Shown: positions 36,917 through 47,411, numbered from the stretch's first letter. The stretch: 64,000 nucleotides of DNA from a bacterium (GCA_030428125.1 JAUIBF010000001.1:14102-78101); one strand, 5' to 3'. Numbers and translations: made by a program. The notes: generated by a model from the letters alone, not told the origin.

Positions 36917-37033
36917 TTAAACAAAATAGTTTTTAATCACTGATGACATAATTTCTGTCTTCCTTTCTTGTGTGGAATTAACAGAGTAAATTCAGTATAA
37001 TAGGTCCCAGTTATTTAGATAGTGTCTCTGGTT

Positions 37034-37109
<76 letters not shown>

Positions 37110-37142
37110 AGAAATGCTGTCTTTTTAATGTAAAATGAAAGT

Positions 37143-37592
37143 GTGATGGAATTCATCCAAAACAAAATTAACCAGATTAAAAAACTCCTTCAGGAAAAAG
37201 GTCTATACGACGTTAGGGTTTTAGCTCTAGTCGGCGTCGGAGTAATTGCCATTAGTGTATTTTGGAATGGAGCCAACATAGTTCAGCAAAATTACGAACT
37301 TGCACAAAAAGTAGAGGCTATTGAGCAAGAAAATGAGATTTTGAGACTAGAAAATCAAAATAAAGAACTCAGAAATGAATATTTAGCAACAGACGAATTT
37401 GCAGAAATCACTGCACGCCGAATTCACGGTAAAGCATCTCCTGGTGAGCGAGTTTATATAGTCCCCAAAGACGTTGCTCTAGATGCACTGAGTGAAGACG
37501 CTGAAGAAGACGAAGGGCAATTGACTCAACATGAAAAGCCTGCCTGGCAGAAGAACCTAGAATCTTGGGTAAATATTTACTTCGGTAGCTAG
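37143..37592 (+). CDS. septum formation initiator (FtsB/DivIC) family protein
   Basis: One TM segment followed by the coiled coil QNYELAQKVEAIEQENEILRLENQNKELRNE. Confidence 0.65.
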   Translation: MMEFIQNKINQIKKLLQEKGLYDVRVLALVGVGVIAISVFWNGANIVQQNYELAQKVEAIEQENEILRLENQNKELRNEYLATDEFAEITARRIHGKASPGERVYIVPKDVALDALSEDAEEDEGQLTQHEKPAWQKNLESWVNIYFGS

Positions 37593-37593
37593 T

Positions 37594-39234
37594 CTACAGA
37601 ACCACATCACGACGTCTGAATTTGATCAAACCCAGAACGGCTAGAGATAAACCGGCAGTAGTCAACCATGCGGCTGGCGCTAACTGAAAACTGTCAGCTG
37701 GCATAGCAGGCAGATGTCCAAATGGTGATATGTCTATAATCCATTGTGGCAAGTCCAACACTACTCCCAATTGTAATATGACGATGCATGAGGCAAAGCC
37801 TCCCCAGGCAAGTGGCATGGCCAAACTTGGCATGAAGCTAAACAGGGCGATTACAAATCCAGCAAATGCAGCTATAGCTGTAATCTGAGCTAACGATGCA
37901 TAGATTATATCCCACAATTGATCCCAAGGAGCGGAAGTAGTTATGATGTAGGTCAAACCAATACCAAGCGCCGATACAATAGTTAGCGCGATTGCGCCCA
38001 GGAGCACGTACATTATGTGACTCATCATCCATTTGTATCTTGACACCCCTGTACTTAATACTGATTCAATTCTTCCTGTCGATTCTTCACTACGCATTCG
38101 TAGTAATCCCTGAGCAACATACCCTGCTACGGTAATGCCCATAAATGCAATAAGAACGCTTAAAAATATATAATTTATATCATCAGAGCTTTGGCTGATT
38201 GACGAAATTGCTTCCCTAAACTCATCATTGTCATCTAGAAAACCCTGGAATTCCTTCAGAGATAAACCATACGAAATTGCTAGAACTGCAATCGCTGCGG
38301 TCCAACCCCTGAATATGCCTTTCTGTAGTCTGCGCGCTAATCCAAAAGTACTCAATAGTGACGGCTTGGCTCTAGCTGGCCCTGGTTTTGTAGCAAATAT
38401 TCCAGAGCCAATATCACGTTTAGTCATTAAGAACGCAGCAAAACCTACACACACGACAGTTAGACCGACGAATAAACTCAGAATCCAAACATTATTTTCA
38501 GTAAATGCATACACTTGCTGACCCCACCCAAAGGGCGAAAGCCAAGACGGGAAGTTGCTTTGTACGCCCAAGCCACCATTTACAAGATCGCCTGTGACAT
38601 CACCGATTGCTCGAAGCAAGAAAGCAACTCCTATTACTAGCGCACACAAAGCATTTGCGCTCCTAGCACCATCTGTTAGCTGTGCGACAATTGCAGCTAA
38701 ACTCGCGAACGATACTCCTACAGCACCTAAAGTTACACCGGTTAAAATCGAGCCACCAACAGATAGTTCACCTCCACTACCAGCTATCATTAGTACTGAA
38801 GCCAGAAATGCTATAGCAATGTTCGCTATCAACGCAACAATTAGTGCAGCGACTAATGGTGCATGTCTGGAGACAGTCATAGAGCCGATTAGCTCTGAGC
38901 GATCCGTTTCTTCATTTTGCCTTGTATGTCTCACCACAGTAAGGGTGCTAATAAATGCCACTGCTAAAGCCGTAAACAAGAACCCTTCATTTAGTACTAC
39001 TGAACCCAATTCCGGTCCATGAATTGGACCTGCAAATACTCTCCCCACAACGCTAGGTGCGCTTGTAGCTGCATAGTTGATAAGCCCTTCTGGGCTGCTG
39101 CCATATAGATCTACAACTGAGCTAACAGTAAAGAAAAACATCAGACAAACGGCACTGATTGCGATCGGCAACTTAACCCTGTCTAACCTCAAACCAACTC
39201 GGACCAAGTGCCAAGTACCACGTAATCCGTTCAT
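37594..39234 (-). CDS. ABC-2 exporter permease (12-TM type)
   Basis: 546-aa polytopic protein immediately downstream of the ATPase gene. Confidence 0.65.
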   Translation of the reverse strand: MNGLRGTWHLVRVGLRLDRVKLPIAISAVCLMFFFTVSSVVDLYGSSPEGLINYAATSAPSVVGRVFAGPIHGPELGSVVLNEGFLFTALAVAFISTLTVVRHTRQNEETDRSELIGSMTVSRHAPLVAALIVALIANIAIAFLASVLMIAGSGGELSVGGSILTGVTLGAVGVSFASLAAIVAQLTDGARSANALCALVIGVAFLLRAIGDVTGDLVNGGLGVQSNFPSWLSPFGWGQQVYAFTENNVWILSLFVGLTVVCVGFAAFLMTKRDIGSGIFATKPGPARAKPSLLSTFGLARRLQKGIFRGWTAAIAVLAISYGLSLKEFQGFLDDNDEFREAISSISQSSDDINYIFLSVLIAFMGITVAGYVAQGLLRMRSEESTGRIESVLSTGVSRYKWMMSHIMYVLLGAIALTIVSALGIGLTYIITTSAPWDQLWDIIYASLAQITAIAAFAGFVIALFSFMPSLAMPLAWGGFASCIVILQLGVVLDLPQWIIDISPFGHLPAMPADSFQLAPAAWLTTAGLSLAVLGLIKFRRRDVVL

Positions 39235-39236
39235 AA

Positions 39237-40148
39237 TTACTTGCTCGCTTTTGATTTAGTGTCGTACTGAGACAAGAATAACTCTTCCAAAGATGGCGGC
39301 TGGCTAACCAAAGAAACAAGATTTTGTTTCGATAGCTCGGCCATTGCTTTGTCTAGCGATTCAGAATCAACTTCAAATTCCAGCTTCATCCCATCCTCAG
39401 TAAGTCGCTGGTTATGCACGCCCTTTGCTTTTAGCTTTTTTGCTTTGTCCTTAGTATGCGCCTTTATAGAAGTCCGGTGGAGGTGCTGTAGTTCACTAAG
39501 TGTTCCTGATTGCACAGTCTTGCCGTCTCTAATGATAGTTATTCGGTCGCAAAGCGCTTCAACCTCAGCCAGGATATGACTTGATAGTAATATTGTTTTA
39601 CCTTGGTTCTTCAGTTCTTTTATGTGTTTTTGGAAAACGGCTTCCATTAATGGGTCCAAACCACTGGTTGGCTCGTCCATAATGTAGACTTCTACGTCAG
39701 ACGCAAGCGCAGCTACAAGCGCTACTTTTTGGCGATTGCCTTTGGAGTATGTTCGGAATTTTTTGCGTGGGTCTAGTTGGAAGCTATCTAGTAATTCTTT
39801 GCGTTTTTTTTCGTCTAATCCGCCACGCAAGTTCCCGAGCAAGTCAATCGATTCACCACCAGTTAGTTGTGGCCACAAGTTTACGTCGCCTGGAACGTAG
39901 GCAATTCGTTTATGTAACTCGACGGCATCTTTCCAAGGATCTTGGCCGAGCAACTTGGCATCGCCCCCTGATTTTGAAAGTAACCCCAAAAGAATGCGTA
40001 TAGTTGTAGACTTTCCGGAACCATTTGGTCCCAGGAACCCATGAACTTCGCCTTTGTTTACTTCTAAATTTAGTTTGTTTAAGGCCCTAAATGACCCAAA
40101 GTTTTTGACGAGGTTACTAACCTCGATAATTTTTTCGTTACCCATCAT
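39237..40148 (-). CDS. ABC transporter ATP-binding protein
   Basis: [18 protein letters not shown] and [10 protein letters not shown]. Confidence 0.9.
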   Translation of the reverse strand: MMGNEKIIEVSNLVKNFGSFRALNKLNLEVNKGEVHGFLGPNGSGKSTTIRILLGLLSKSGGDAKLLGQDPWKDAVELHKRIAYVPGDVNLWPQLTGGESIDLLGNLRGGLDEKKRKELLDSFQLDPRKKFRTYSKGNRQKVALVAALASDVEVYIMDEPTSGLDPLMEAVFQKHIKELKNQGKTILLSSHILAEVEALCDRITIIRDGKTVQSGTLSELQHLHRTSIKAHTKDKAKKLKAKGVHNQRLTEDGMKLEFEVDSESLDKAMAELSKQNLVSLVSQPPSLEELFLSQYDTKSKASK

Positions 40149-40210
40149 GGTTATGAGTATACCAGAGAATCAACAGCGAATATCACTGCTTACTTGCTAA
40201 AATATAGTCT

Positions 40211-41218
40211 ATGGCATTGGCTTTTGCTAAAAGATACAAAAACCTATTATTTTTATTTTCGGGTTTAGCGTTACTGCTAAGCGTGAGGTTCTATTTAGCA
40301 TCAAGTAACTCTGATTTACCGAATAAGCTTCAGGATTTTATAACCTTGTCAGTCAGTGTGTTTGTCGAAGCGTTTCCGTTTTTGGTGTTGGGTTCGGTGC
40401 TTGCGGCACTGGTGAACACTTTTGTTTCGCCTCATACATTTGAGAAAATTTTGCCAAAAAATAAATTAGCCAGAAGGGCGTCCTTGTCGCTTTTAGGGTT
40501 TCTGTTTCCGGTTTGTGAATGTGGAAATGTTCCACTGTCCAGATCTTTAATGATTCAAGGCCTTAAACCATCAGAAGCAATAACATTTTTGCTGGCAGCA
40601 CCAGTGTTGAATCCAATTACGATTTGGTCTACATGGGTAGCGTTTAGTTATGACGGATCGATAGTCGCATCCAGGATCGCTGCAACATTCTTAATTGCAA
40701 ACACCATAGGATTTATACTTTCCTTGATAAAAAACGAGAACGACTTTATAACCAAAGATTTTCAAGCAGTTTGTGAATCATCTCTAACCCAAAAGAAATC
40801 AGACAAAGCATTGTTGGCTAAAGTTTCTAGTTTTGTTTCTAATTTCAAACACGAAGCTTTCGTAATGGTAAAGATGCTTGCTTTTGGAGCCATCATTGCT
40901 GGGCTTATTCAGACTATCGTTCCGAGAGATATTTTAATTAACATCGGTAGCGACGTAATATTGTCGATAATCGCAATGCTTCTACTGGCATTTCTTGTTT
41001 CAATTTGTGCAACGGTAGATGCTTTCTTTGCCTTGTCGTTTTCTAACACGTTTACGGCCGGATCGATTACTAGCTTCCTAGTATTTGGCCCAATGATTGA
41101 CATTAAGATGTTGGCGCTACTTAAACCTACTTTTAAGACAAAGACTCTGGTGCTTATTTCAACACTCGCGCTCTTACTAAGTGCTCTAGCCGGATTGGTG
41201 GTAAATTATGCGCTTTAA
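40211..41218 (+). CDS. DUF318/UPF0718-type permease (two-component permease subunit)
   Basis: Polytopic, with the FPVCECGNVPL motif. It is paired with a TIGR03943-like partner. Confidence 0.65.
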   Translation: MALAFAKRYKNLLFLFSGLALLLSVRFYLASSNSDLPNKLQDFITLSVSVFVEAFPFLVLGSVLAALVNTFVSPHTFEKILPKNKLARRASLSLLGFLFPVCECGNVPLSRSLMIQGLKPSEAITFLLAAPVLNPITIWSTWVAFSYDGSIVASRIAATFLIANTIGFILSLIKNENDFITKDFQAVCESSLTQKKSDKALLAKVSSFVSNFKHEAFVMVKMLAFGAIIAGLIQTIVPRDILINIGSDVILSIIAMLLLAFLVSICATVDAFFALSFSNTFTAGSITSFLVFGPMIDIKMLALLKPTFKTKTLVLISTLALLLSALAGLVVNYAL

Positions 41219-41903
41219 GTTATCTGTCCAAACCACTTACTTACTGTTGGTAGTAGCTAGCATTTTGCTAGTGGCGCTTCAGGATAAGTTACTAATTTAT
41301 ATTCATCCTCGATATATAATCTTTACAATTACTTTATGCGCTTTGGCTGGATTAATACTTATTGCTAGCTTGTTTATTAAAGACTCAGAGGGTCTTCACA
41401 AACATAAAGAATCAAAATTGGGGTTAATTCCACTAATGCTGCTAGTGGCTGTAATGATTGTTATTCCACCTAAGACTTTATCCAGCTCAACTGTTACTCA
41501 GCGATTGAGCAACTCGCAAAGTGGACAACAATCAAACCAGGTTTTTAGTGGTTCAACCTTGGGCTTATCAGTTTCTGACTGGTTCCAGATACTGAGCCTT
41601 AACGAAGAACCAGAATACTATGCTTTGAAACCGGCTAAGATCACAGGATTTATTTATGATGCAGGCTTAGGTGAGGATACAGTTTGGGTTTCTAGATTTA
41701 TTCTGACATGCTGTGCTGTCGATGCTCGCCCGGTAGGAGTGCCGGTGCGTGTTGAGAATTGGGCAGAGAATTATTCCGAGGACGACTGGGTGATAGTCGA
41801 GGGCAACTTTGAATTATCTGAAACTTCTGAAGGCTCAAAAATTGTTTTGATTCCAGACAAAATAGAAAAGACCGAAGAGCCGGAGAATCCATATGAATTC
41901 TAA
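41208..41903 (+). CDS. TIGR03943-like membrane protein (permease partner)
   Basis: TM segments plus the conserved-looking FILTCCAVDARPVGVPV. It overlaps the permease gene by 11 nt. Confidence 0.6.
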   Translation: MRFKLSVQTTYLLLVVASILLVALQDKLLIYIHPRYIIFTITLCALAGLILIASLFIKDSEGLHKHKESKLGLIPLMLLVAVMIVIPPKTLSSSTVTQRLSNSQSGQQSNQVFSGSTLGLSVSDWFQILSLNEEPEYYALKPAKITGFIYDAGLGEDTVWVSRFILTCCAVDARPVGVPVRVENWAENYSEDDWVIVEGNFELSETSEGSKIVLIPDKIEKTEEPENPYEF

Positions 41904-43284
41904 GCAATTTAGGAGTATGGCAGTTATCTTGTGCCTAGCCCTGATTGGATTGGTAGCAGGTATTGGGTATTTACTTTATCAAAATGGGCCCAGGGTAAGA
42001 TACTTAAACTTCGATTCTGAAATTACCGAAACTGCGTTTACGAATGGAACAAATATGAAAATAGTCTTTGATAGACCTCTGGCAGAAAATGACTACTCGG
42101 ATGAAATATCCTTTGACCCAACGGTTAATTTCAGTGCTCAAACTGATGGTCAGACCATCATTGTTCAATTTTTGGAAAATTTACAGCAGGAAACCGAATA
42201 CTCCCTAATCATCAAGCCTGAAATATATGACACCAAGGGGCAGAAGATGAGTAGTAAGTCAGTAAAAAGATTCACCACTGCTCAGTACGAATTTGCGTAC
42301 ATTGAGCGGAACTACGGAATGGGCGATGATTCAGTATTGCAGTCCGAGGCAGATGAAATAATCCTCGGAGACTTAAATGGAACAAGAAATACAATCTTTT
42401 CACATCCAGTTATTAGGTCGTTCAAAGCCAACGGAGAGTACTTGCTGGTAGTTGGTGTGGGCGAATATAGCGACGAAATATATGTAGTAGATATTAACAG
42501 TAGAGAACATAAATCTGTAGAGATGCCGTTTGATAGCAGGGTTCAGAAATTAGAAGTTAGTCCTCGCGGGAACATAGGAGTCTTTGTTCTGCAGCCTGAC
42601 TTTGATTCAGTCGGTGCAGAAAAATACCTAGAGCTAGCAAACAAAACATATTCAGTAAACCTTGAGACCGGGGAAATTACCGAACTAGTCGACCAGGACA
42701 ATTATCCCGTTAAGTCATATGATGTCAGACTAGACCTAAATGGGCAGTATATATTATCTCAAAACGACAGGTATATCTATCAGGTTCATAGTCCTTTTAA
42801 CGATTATCCACCAACACCCCTAGGGTCGTTCACGTCGTTTAGAGACTATATTGATGGAGACAAAAAAATAATATTTAGAAAAGGGGAAGATTTCGTTAAG
42901 TATGATATTGCAACCGGCGAAATAGAAACCATAGATTTTTCTTCGGATGAATTCATCCAGGATGTTGCCGTGTTCAATGAGAATATCACTCCGTTCATTG
43001 CAACATATACTGCTGATTCATGGCGAGCAAAGTTATTTAGCTTTGACTCTGGAACAGACGAAGAGATATTGTGGCAATTCAACAGCTTAGACTCAAATGT
43101 TAGAACTTTTAAACCCAGCTACGACGGTCAGCTTATAGCCATTGCAATAAATAAAACTTCCTGCGATCAAGACAACATTGGCATAAATGCTGTCTGTAAA
43201 AACATAAAAACCGAAATTTTTGATATTGAAAATCAGGAAATTGTAGAGACTTTAAGTGGATTTGATCTGGTCTGGTTGCCTTAA
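41893..43284 (+). CDS. membrane-anchored extracytoplasmic protein (Ig-like plus propeller-like)
   Basis: 463 aa with an N-terminal TM segment. It overlaps the upstream gene by 11 nt. Confidence 0.45.
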   Translation: MNSKQFRSMAVILCLALIGLVAGIGYLLYQNGPRVRYLNFDSEITETAFTNGTNMKIVFDRPLAENDYSDEISFDPTVNFSAQTDGQTIIVQFLENLQQETEYSLIIKPEIYDTKGQKMSSKSVKRFTTAQYEFAYIERNYGMGDDSVLQSEADEIILGDLNGTRNTIFSHPVIRSFKANGEYLLVVGVGEYSDEIYVVDINSREHKSVEMPFDSRVQKLEVSPRGNIGVFVLQPDFDSVGAEKYLELANKTYSVNLETGEITELVDQDNYPVKSYDVRLDLNGQYILSQNDRYIYQVHSPFNDYPPTPLGSFTSFRDYIDGDKKIIFRKGEDFVKYDIATGEIETIDFSSDEFIQDVAVFNENITPFIATYTADSWRAKLFSFDSGTDEEILWQFNSLDSNVRTFKPSYDGQLIAIAINKTSCDQDNIGINAVCKNIKTEIFDIENQEIVETLSGFDLVWLP

Positions 43285-43707
43285 ACTTTGGCAGGATGCA
43301 CATAGCCCGTGAAGCTCTAAATGGTGAGATGTCAGTTTGTATCTTTTAGAGTTTGCAATTAAGTTTAGCGCTTCCTCAAGCTTACTGTCGTTAATCTCAG
43401 CAACATGGTTGCACCTATCGCAGCTAATGTGATGATGGTGGGGTTTAAATGAGTCTCCCAGTTCGTAGAGATTTTTTAATCCGTGGGGTACTAGCGTAAC
43501 AACATCTGCTTTGCGTAAGCCATCGATAGTTCGGTATATACTAACCTGATCGTAGTCAGGTAGCTCCTTCACGATGTCTTGAATACTTAGAGCATGCTTT
43601 CTTTCATTGAGTAAATTAAAGACATCAGCCTTAAGATTTGTCATTCTAAGACCGCGTGAATGGACCTGTTGCCTTAAAAGTTGCTCATTTGAATTAGAAG
43701 TTTGCAT
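43252..43707 (-). CDS. Fur-family metalloregulator (Zur-like)
   Basis: A winged-helix N-terminus followed by HHHHISCDRC...HGLCASC metal sites. Confidence 0.8.
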   Translation of the reverse strand: MQTSNSNEQLLRQQVHSRGLRMTNLKADVFNLLNERKHALSIQDIVKELPDYDQVSIYRTIDGLRKADVVTLVPHGLKNLYELGDSFKPHHHHISCDRCNHVAEINDSKLEEALNLIANSKRYKLTSHHLELHGLCASCQSLRQPDQIKST

Positions 43708-43718
43708 TAACTATAGCT

Positions 43719-43739
43719 TAACGCAAATAATTTGCGTTA
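43719..43739. promoter_or_regulatory. perfect 10-1-10 palindrome, candidate Fur/Zur operator
   Basis: TAACGCAAAT-A-ATTTGCGTTA lies 12 nt upstream of the fur-family ATG and overlaps the upstream half of the divergent TGTTAATAT extended -10 promoter. Confidence 0.6.
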
Positions 43740-43798
43740 TCAAGTGTTAATATGCAATTATTATTCAAAGTAAAGTAATTTTGATAAATAAGAGAGAA

Positions 43799-44653
43799 AT
43801 GAATACGATAGTTGATTACGCAAAGGGTGGGGTTGAACAGGTTGGAGATGTAGCAGTCGCTCACAGGTCCCCAGTAAGTTCATACGAAAATATAATTGCT
43901 GGGCTTTTAAGACAAAAGAGACTTAAGATCCCAGTTGACTCTTCTGACGGTGTTAAAAAACAAGCAGAAGCTATAGGCATACCTGTTTCCGGTAAATCCA
44001 TTGAGCTTTTACGCATTTTGTCAGATGCACAACCTGCCGGATATTTGAGTTTTAAAGGTGAAACAACACATGGAATGATTTCACCAAATTACGATAGTAG
44101 AGGCAGAGAAAAGAAAGGCACAGTACGCTTTCAAAGTGTGTTAGGTGGATTTACTATTAGAAACGGTGTTTGGCTTCCAGAAGCTGCAAATGCCATCTAT
44201 CTGGCTGGTGCCACGGGATTAGAGTCCAAAGGTATGGGGGATTGTCACAGTATACCTGTTTCAAAGGACCCAGAACACAAACTAACTGTAATTGGTGCTA
44301 TATCTAAAGGTGATATTAATATTGCAAAAACTCATGCTCAGCATGGTGTCAGAGAATCTGGAGGGTCTGTTGCTAGTTCATTAACCAATGGTCAACTAGG
44401 TAATGTATTTGCACCCGATTCTATAGAAGGATTCTCAGGGTTTGGAAAGCCTGTTGAACTGACAGGAAATGAGCAACCCTCAGCAACATTCTTTATTCCG
44501 GTCAGCTACCTGGAGAATCCAGAGCAAGCTTTCGGGGCATATATTACAGACGGAGACATTACGCCCGAGCAGATAGTTAATGGCGCAGGGTATAGAGCTA
44601 TTAACTCCAGGGGTGCAGTAATTGGTGAGTTTACGAAAGCAATGGAAGGATAG
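43799..44653 (+). CDS. hypothetical protein (candidate Fur/Zur regulon member)
   Basis: The start is the ATG at 43799, which has a purine-rich SD (the ORF track starts at the TTG at 43781). No recognised domain. Confidence 0.5.
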   Translation: MNTIVDYAKGGVEQVGDVAVAHRSPVSSYENIIAGLLRQKRLKIPVDSSDGVKKQAEAIGIPVSGKSIELLRILSDAQPAGYLSFKGETTHGMISPNYDSRGREKKGTVRFQSVLGGFTIRNGVWLPEAANAIYLAGATGLESKGMGDCHSIPVSKDPEHKLTVIGAISKGDINIAKTHAQHGVRESGGSVASSLTNGQLGNVFAPDSIEGFSGFGKPVELTGNEQPSATFFIPVSYLENPEQAFGAYITDGDITPEQIVNGAGYRAINSRGAVIGEFTKAMEG

Positions 44654-45254
44654 GATTTTGAATCAAAACCTACTGCCAAACCAATTTGAAGCAACGCCAA
44701 CACCTGAAATCCAAGCAGGAAAAAAAGGAGTTGAATTTGATTTCATCGCTTGGGAAGTAGAACTAGAGGGCGTCGATACTGCTACAGCAGATTGGGCTCC
44801 TCGAACTTCAACATTGTCTCCTGATTGTGATGATATAGTTTTTGATTTTGATGCCTGGGAGGCTGAATTAGAAGATGTAGACCTTGAAGAACAGGCCAGG
44901 CTTGCTTTTGACGGTCTATTAACGTTCGAAACAGAAGATGAAGGCAAGACCAGGACTATTAGCGACATAAAAAATGACATTGTCACTTTTATGTCTAATC
45001 CAGAGATTATCCAAATGCAGAACATGATAGAATATGCAGCTGTTCAGTTCGCACAATTCTGCAGCCACAACCATATCGGAGGTGACTCCATAGGCGACTC
45101 GCTATCAGGGCTATTTGACATGGGACAAAGCTTGCTTGGTGAAAAAACTCATTCACATGACGATCATCATGAGCATGACTTACTAGGTCATGATGAAGAT
45201 GACGAAGAAGACGAACCTGATGGCAAAAAGAAGAAGAAAAAACGTCGTCGATAG
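44622..45254 (+). CDS. acidic His-rich protein with polybasic C-terminus
   Basis: It contains the internal repeat FDFIAWEVELEGVD / FDFDAWEAELEDVD, the His-rich segment HSHDDHHEHDLLGHDEDDEED and the ending KKKKKKRRR. The start is uncertain; a TTG at 44658 has a GGAAGGA SD. Confidence 0.5.
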   Translation: MVSLRKQWKDRILNQNLLPNQFEATPTPEIQAGKKGVEFDFIAWEVELEGVDTATADWAPRTSTLSPDCDDIVFDFDAWEAELEDVDLEEQARLAFDGLLTFETEDEGKTRTISDIKNDIVTFMSNPEIIQMQNMIEYAAVQFAQFCSHNHIGGDSIGDSLSGLFDMGQSLLGEKTHSHDDHHEHDLLGHDEDDEEDEPDGKKKKKKRRR

Positions 45255-45353
45255 CATAGTTTATAAGTCTAGACCTGACGTAGACTGATTGGATACCGGA
45301 TTTTAATCTAGTAGAAATAACAGATAAATATACTGATATTGGAAATCGGATTT

Positions 45354-45375
45354 AAATCGGAGTTAACTCCGATTT
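45354..45375. terminator. bidirectional hairpin between convergent genes
   Basis: AAATCGGAGTTAACTCCGATTT is a perfect palindrome. Confidence 0.6.
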
Positions 45376-45377
45376 AA

Positions 45378-45962
45378 TTATCGGCGGCGATAGTTACGCC
45401 AACTAGATCTACGATAATCATCCGAGTCTCTTTCGTCAGATTCAGACTGCACATCACGGTTTCTACTTCTGCGCCAGTCTCTCCAACCTCTATCTTCTTC
45501 GTAGTCATCATTTTCTGCTTCCCACTCATCTAGTCTATCTAGAGCTTCTTCGTATCGCTGTTCGGCTTCTTCGATTTTCTCGGGTTCAACTTCTTCTGCT
45601 TGCTGGAGATCCTGTAGTTCTGTAGAGGTCTCTTCCAGAATCATTTCAATTTCTTCACGTTCAGTTTCGCTAGCTTGCTCACTTGCCGGTGCGTTGTTAT
45701 TCTGGCTTTCAAAAAACCCTTGTCCTATGAACACAAAGCTTGCTACTGCGAAAGTTGCTGCCATGCTGGTTGCAAACCAAAAAAAGGGACTACGAGTAGA
45801 ATCTTTAGACACTCTGTCAGGCACGCTTGCGATATTTTTCTTAGCGGATTCGGACAGGCCTTTAGTCCTCATCGAACCTAAATTCTCAGCCAATTTAGCA
45901 AGTTCTTCGATATCTTCATCGCTCGCACCATTGCTTTTTAGCTGTTTCTTAAGCTCACTCAT
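45378..45962 (-). CDS. putative anti-sigma factor (single-pass membrane protein)
   Basis: It overlaps the ECF sigma gene by 8 nt. It has one central TM segment and an acidic/Arg-rich C-terminus. Confidence 0.45.
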   Translation of the reverse strand: MSELKKQLKSNGASDEDIEELAKLAENLGSMRTKGLSESAKKNIASVPDRVSKDSTRSPFFWFATSMAATFAVASFVFIGQGFFESQNNNAPASEQASETEREEIEMILEETSTELQDLQQAEEVEPEKIEEAEQRYEEALDRLDEWEAENDDYEEDRGWRDWRRSRNRDVQSESDERDSDDYRRSSWRNYRRR

Positions 45963-46443
45963 CGGATAAATCCTTCTTCATTTTCTTCAATGCCCTGTAC
46001 TGAACAACCCTAACATTCGATTCACTCATGCCTAAGGCCTCAGCAGTTTCTTTAACCGAGTATGCCTGCATAAAACGTAAGTTTACAACAGACTTCATAT
46101 CTTCTGGTAAACGAGATATAGCTCTGACAGTTCGTTTTTGTTCCAGCTTTTTATCCATAATTTCCTCTTGTGTCGGTGCATCATCGGCAATTTCGATTTC
46201 CTCATCTAGGGGAATAGCTTTTTTCTTGCGCCAGTGATCTGTAAGCGTGTTTCGAGCTATTGCATATAGCCAACCACGTGGATGTTTAAAGTCGTAGTTA
46301 TCGATATTTTTCCAGGCTTTAGTGAAAGTATCTGCAGTTAAATCTTCTGCTAGTTCCATGTCACGGACATGTACAAATAGGAACCGGTAAATGTCATCGG
46401 CGTATTCGTTGTACATTTTGATATACCTCCGTCTTGCTAGCAT
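45955..46443 (-). CDS. ECF-type RNA polymerase sigma-70 factor
   Basis: Region 2 is DLTADTFTKAWKNIDNY...WLYAIARN. Region 4 is the HTH YSVKETAEALGMSESNVRVVQYRALKK. Confidence 0.85.
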   Translation of the reverse strand: MLARRRYIKMYNEYADDIYRFLFVHVRDMELAEDLTADTFTKAWKNIDNYDFKHPRGWLYAIARNTLTDHWRKKKAIPLDEEIEIADDAPTQEEIMDKKLEQKRTVRAISRLPEDMKSVVNLRFMQAYSVKETAEALGMSESNVRVVQYRALKKMKKDLSDE

Positions 46444-46581
46444 GAGTTATTTAATTATCACATACAGGAGTCGGGTTTTTATATTTGATTTTAGATGGAA
46501 ATCATCGATTCCTGCATTTAATGTAACGTTTTAATTTGTGTTTCGTTACATATAGCGTCAGTAAATCTAAAGAGGAGAATT

Positions 46582-47268
46582 ATGACAATATCCAAAAACA
46601 TTAAAAAACTGATAGTTATTGCGATACTCGCAACGGCAATAACTACACCAGTAGTAGTTCGCGTGAACGCTCAAGAAGAGCCTTCAACAGAAGACACTAC
46701 TACATTAGAAGAAACTGAAGTAGAGGAGACCGAAGAGGCTCCGGTGGAGGAGACAGATGAAGGAGAAGTTGAGTCAGATACTACAGAGGAAGAAACTACT
46801 GTGGAGACTGAAACTGAAGAGGTTGTGGAAGACACAGAAGAGCCCGTTGTAGAAGCAGTCACTACTGATGTCTCTATCGAAGAAGCAATAGTTATAGCAC
46901 GAGCTGAACACCCAGACGTTGAAGTCGTGATGGCTAAAGTAAAGCTTAAAAAACTAGACAGTGAAAAAGTTTATAAAGTAGTCTTTGCTGACGGCTGGCG
47001 AATTTATGTGAGTGCCGTAGATGGTGAAATAGTCAGAATCAAAGACGGTAGTAACAAGAAAAAAGAATGTAGCAAACGAGGTCAACGAGCTGTAGAATCT
47101 TGGAGAAGCAACTACAAGAAAAGAAATAAGCGAAATCACCACGATCATCGCCGAGGCTGGTCTCACCACAAACATTGGGATAAAAATAACGATTCCAGTG
47201 ACGATGAACAAGAAGAGGTAGAAGAAACTAACGAAGAAACAGAAGAAGTCGTCGAAGAATATAACTAA
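46582..47268 (+). CDS. secreted PepSY-domain protein with E/T-rich acidic linker
   Basis: A signal peptide is followed by EEAIVIARAEHPDVEVV...VYKVVFADGWRIYVSAVDGEIVRIKD. Confidence 0.6.
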   Translation: MTISKNIKKLIVIAILATAITTPVVVRVNAQEEPSTEDTTTLEETEVEETEEAPVEETDEGEVESDTTEEETTVETETEEVVEDTEEPVVEAVTTDVSIEEAIVIARAEHPDVEVVMAKVKLKKLDSEKVYKVVFADGWRIYVSAVDGEIVRIKDGSNKKKECSKRGQRAVESWRSNYKKRNKRNHHDHRRGWSHHKHWDKNNDSSDDEQEEVEETNEETEEVVEEYN

Positions 47269-47411
47269 ATAGTGTCTCTAGTAGAATCGCCTCGAGTTAT
47301 ATAACCGGGGCGATTTAAATTTATTATTCTGAATTTATACACTGGAACAAAAATACTTAACGTATATAATTAGCAATATTAATAAAACCATGGTGGGGTA
47401 AAGGAGCAAAT

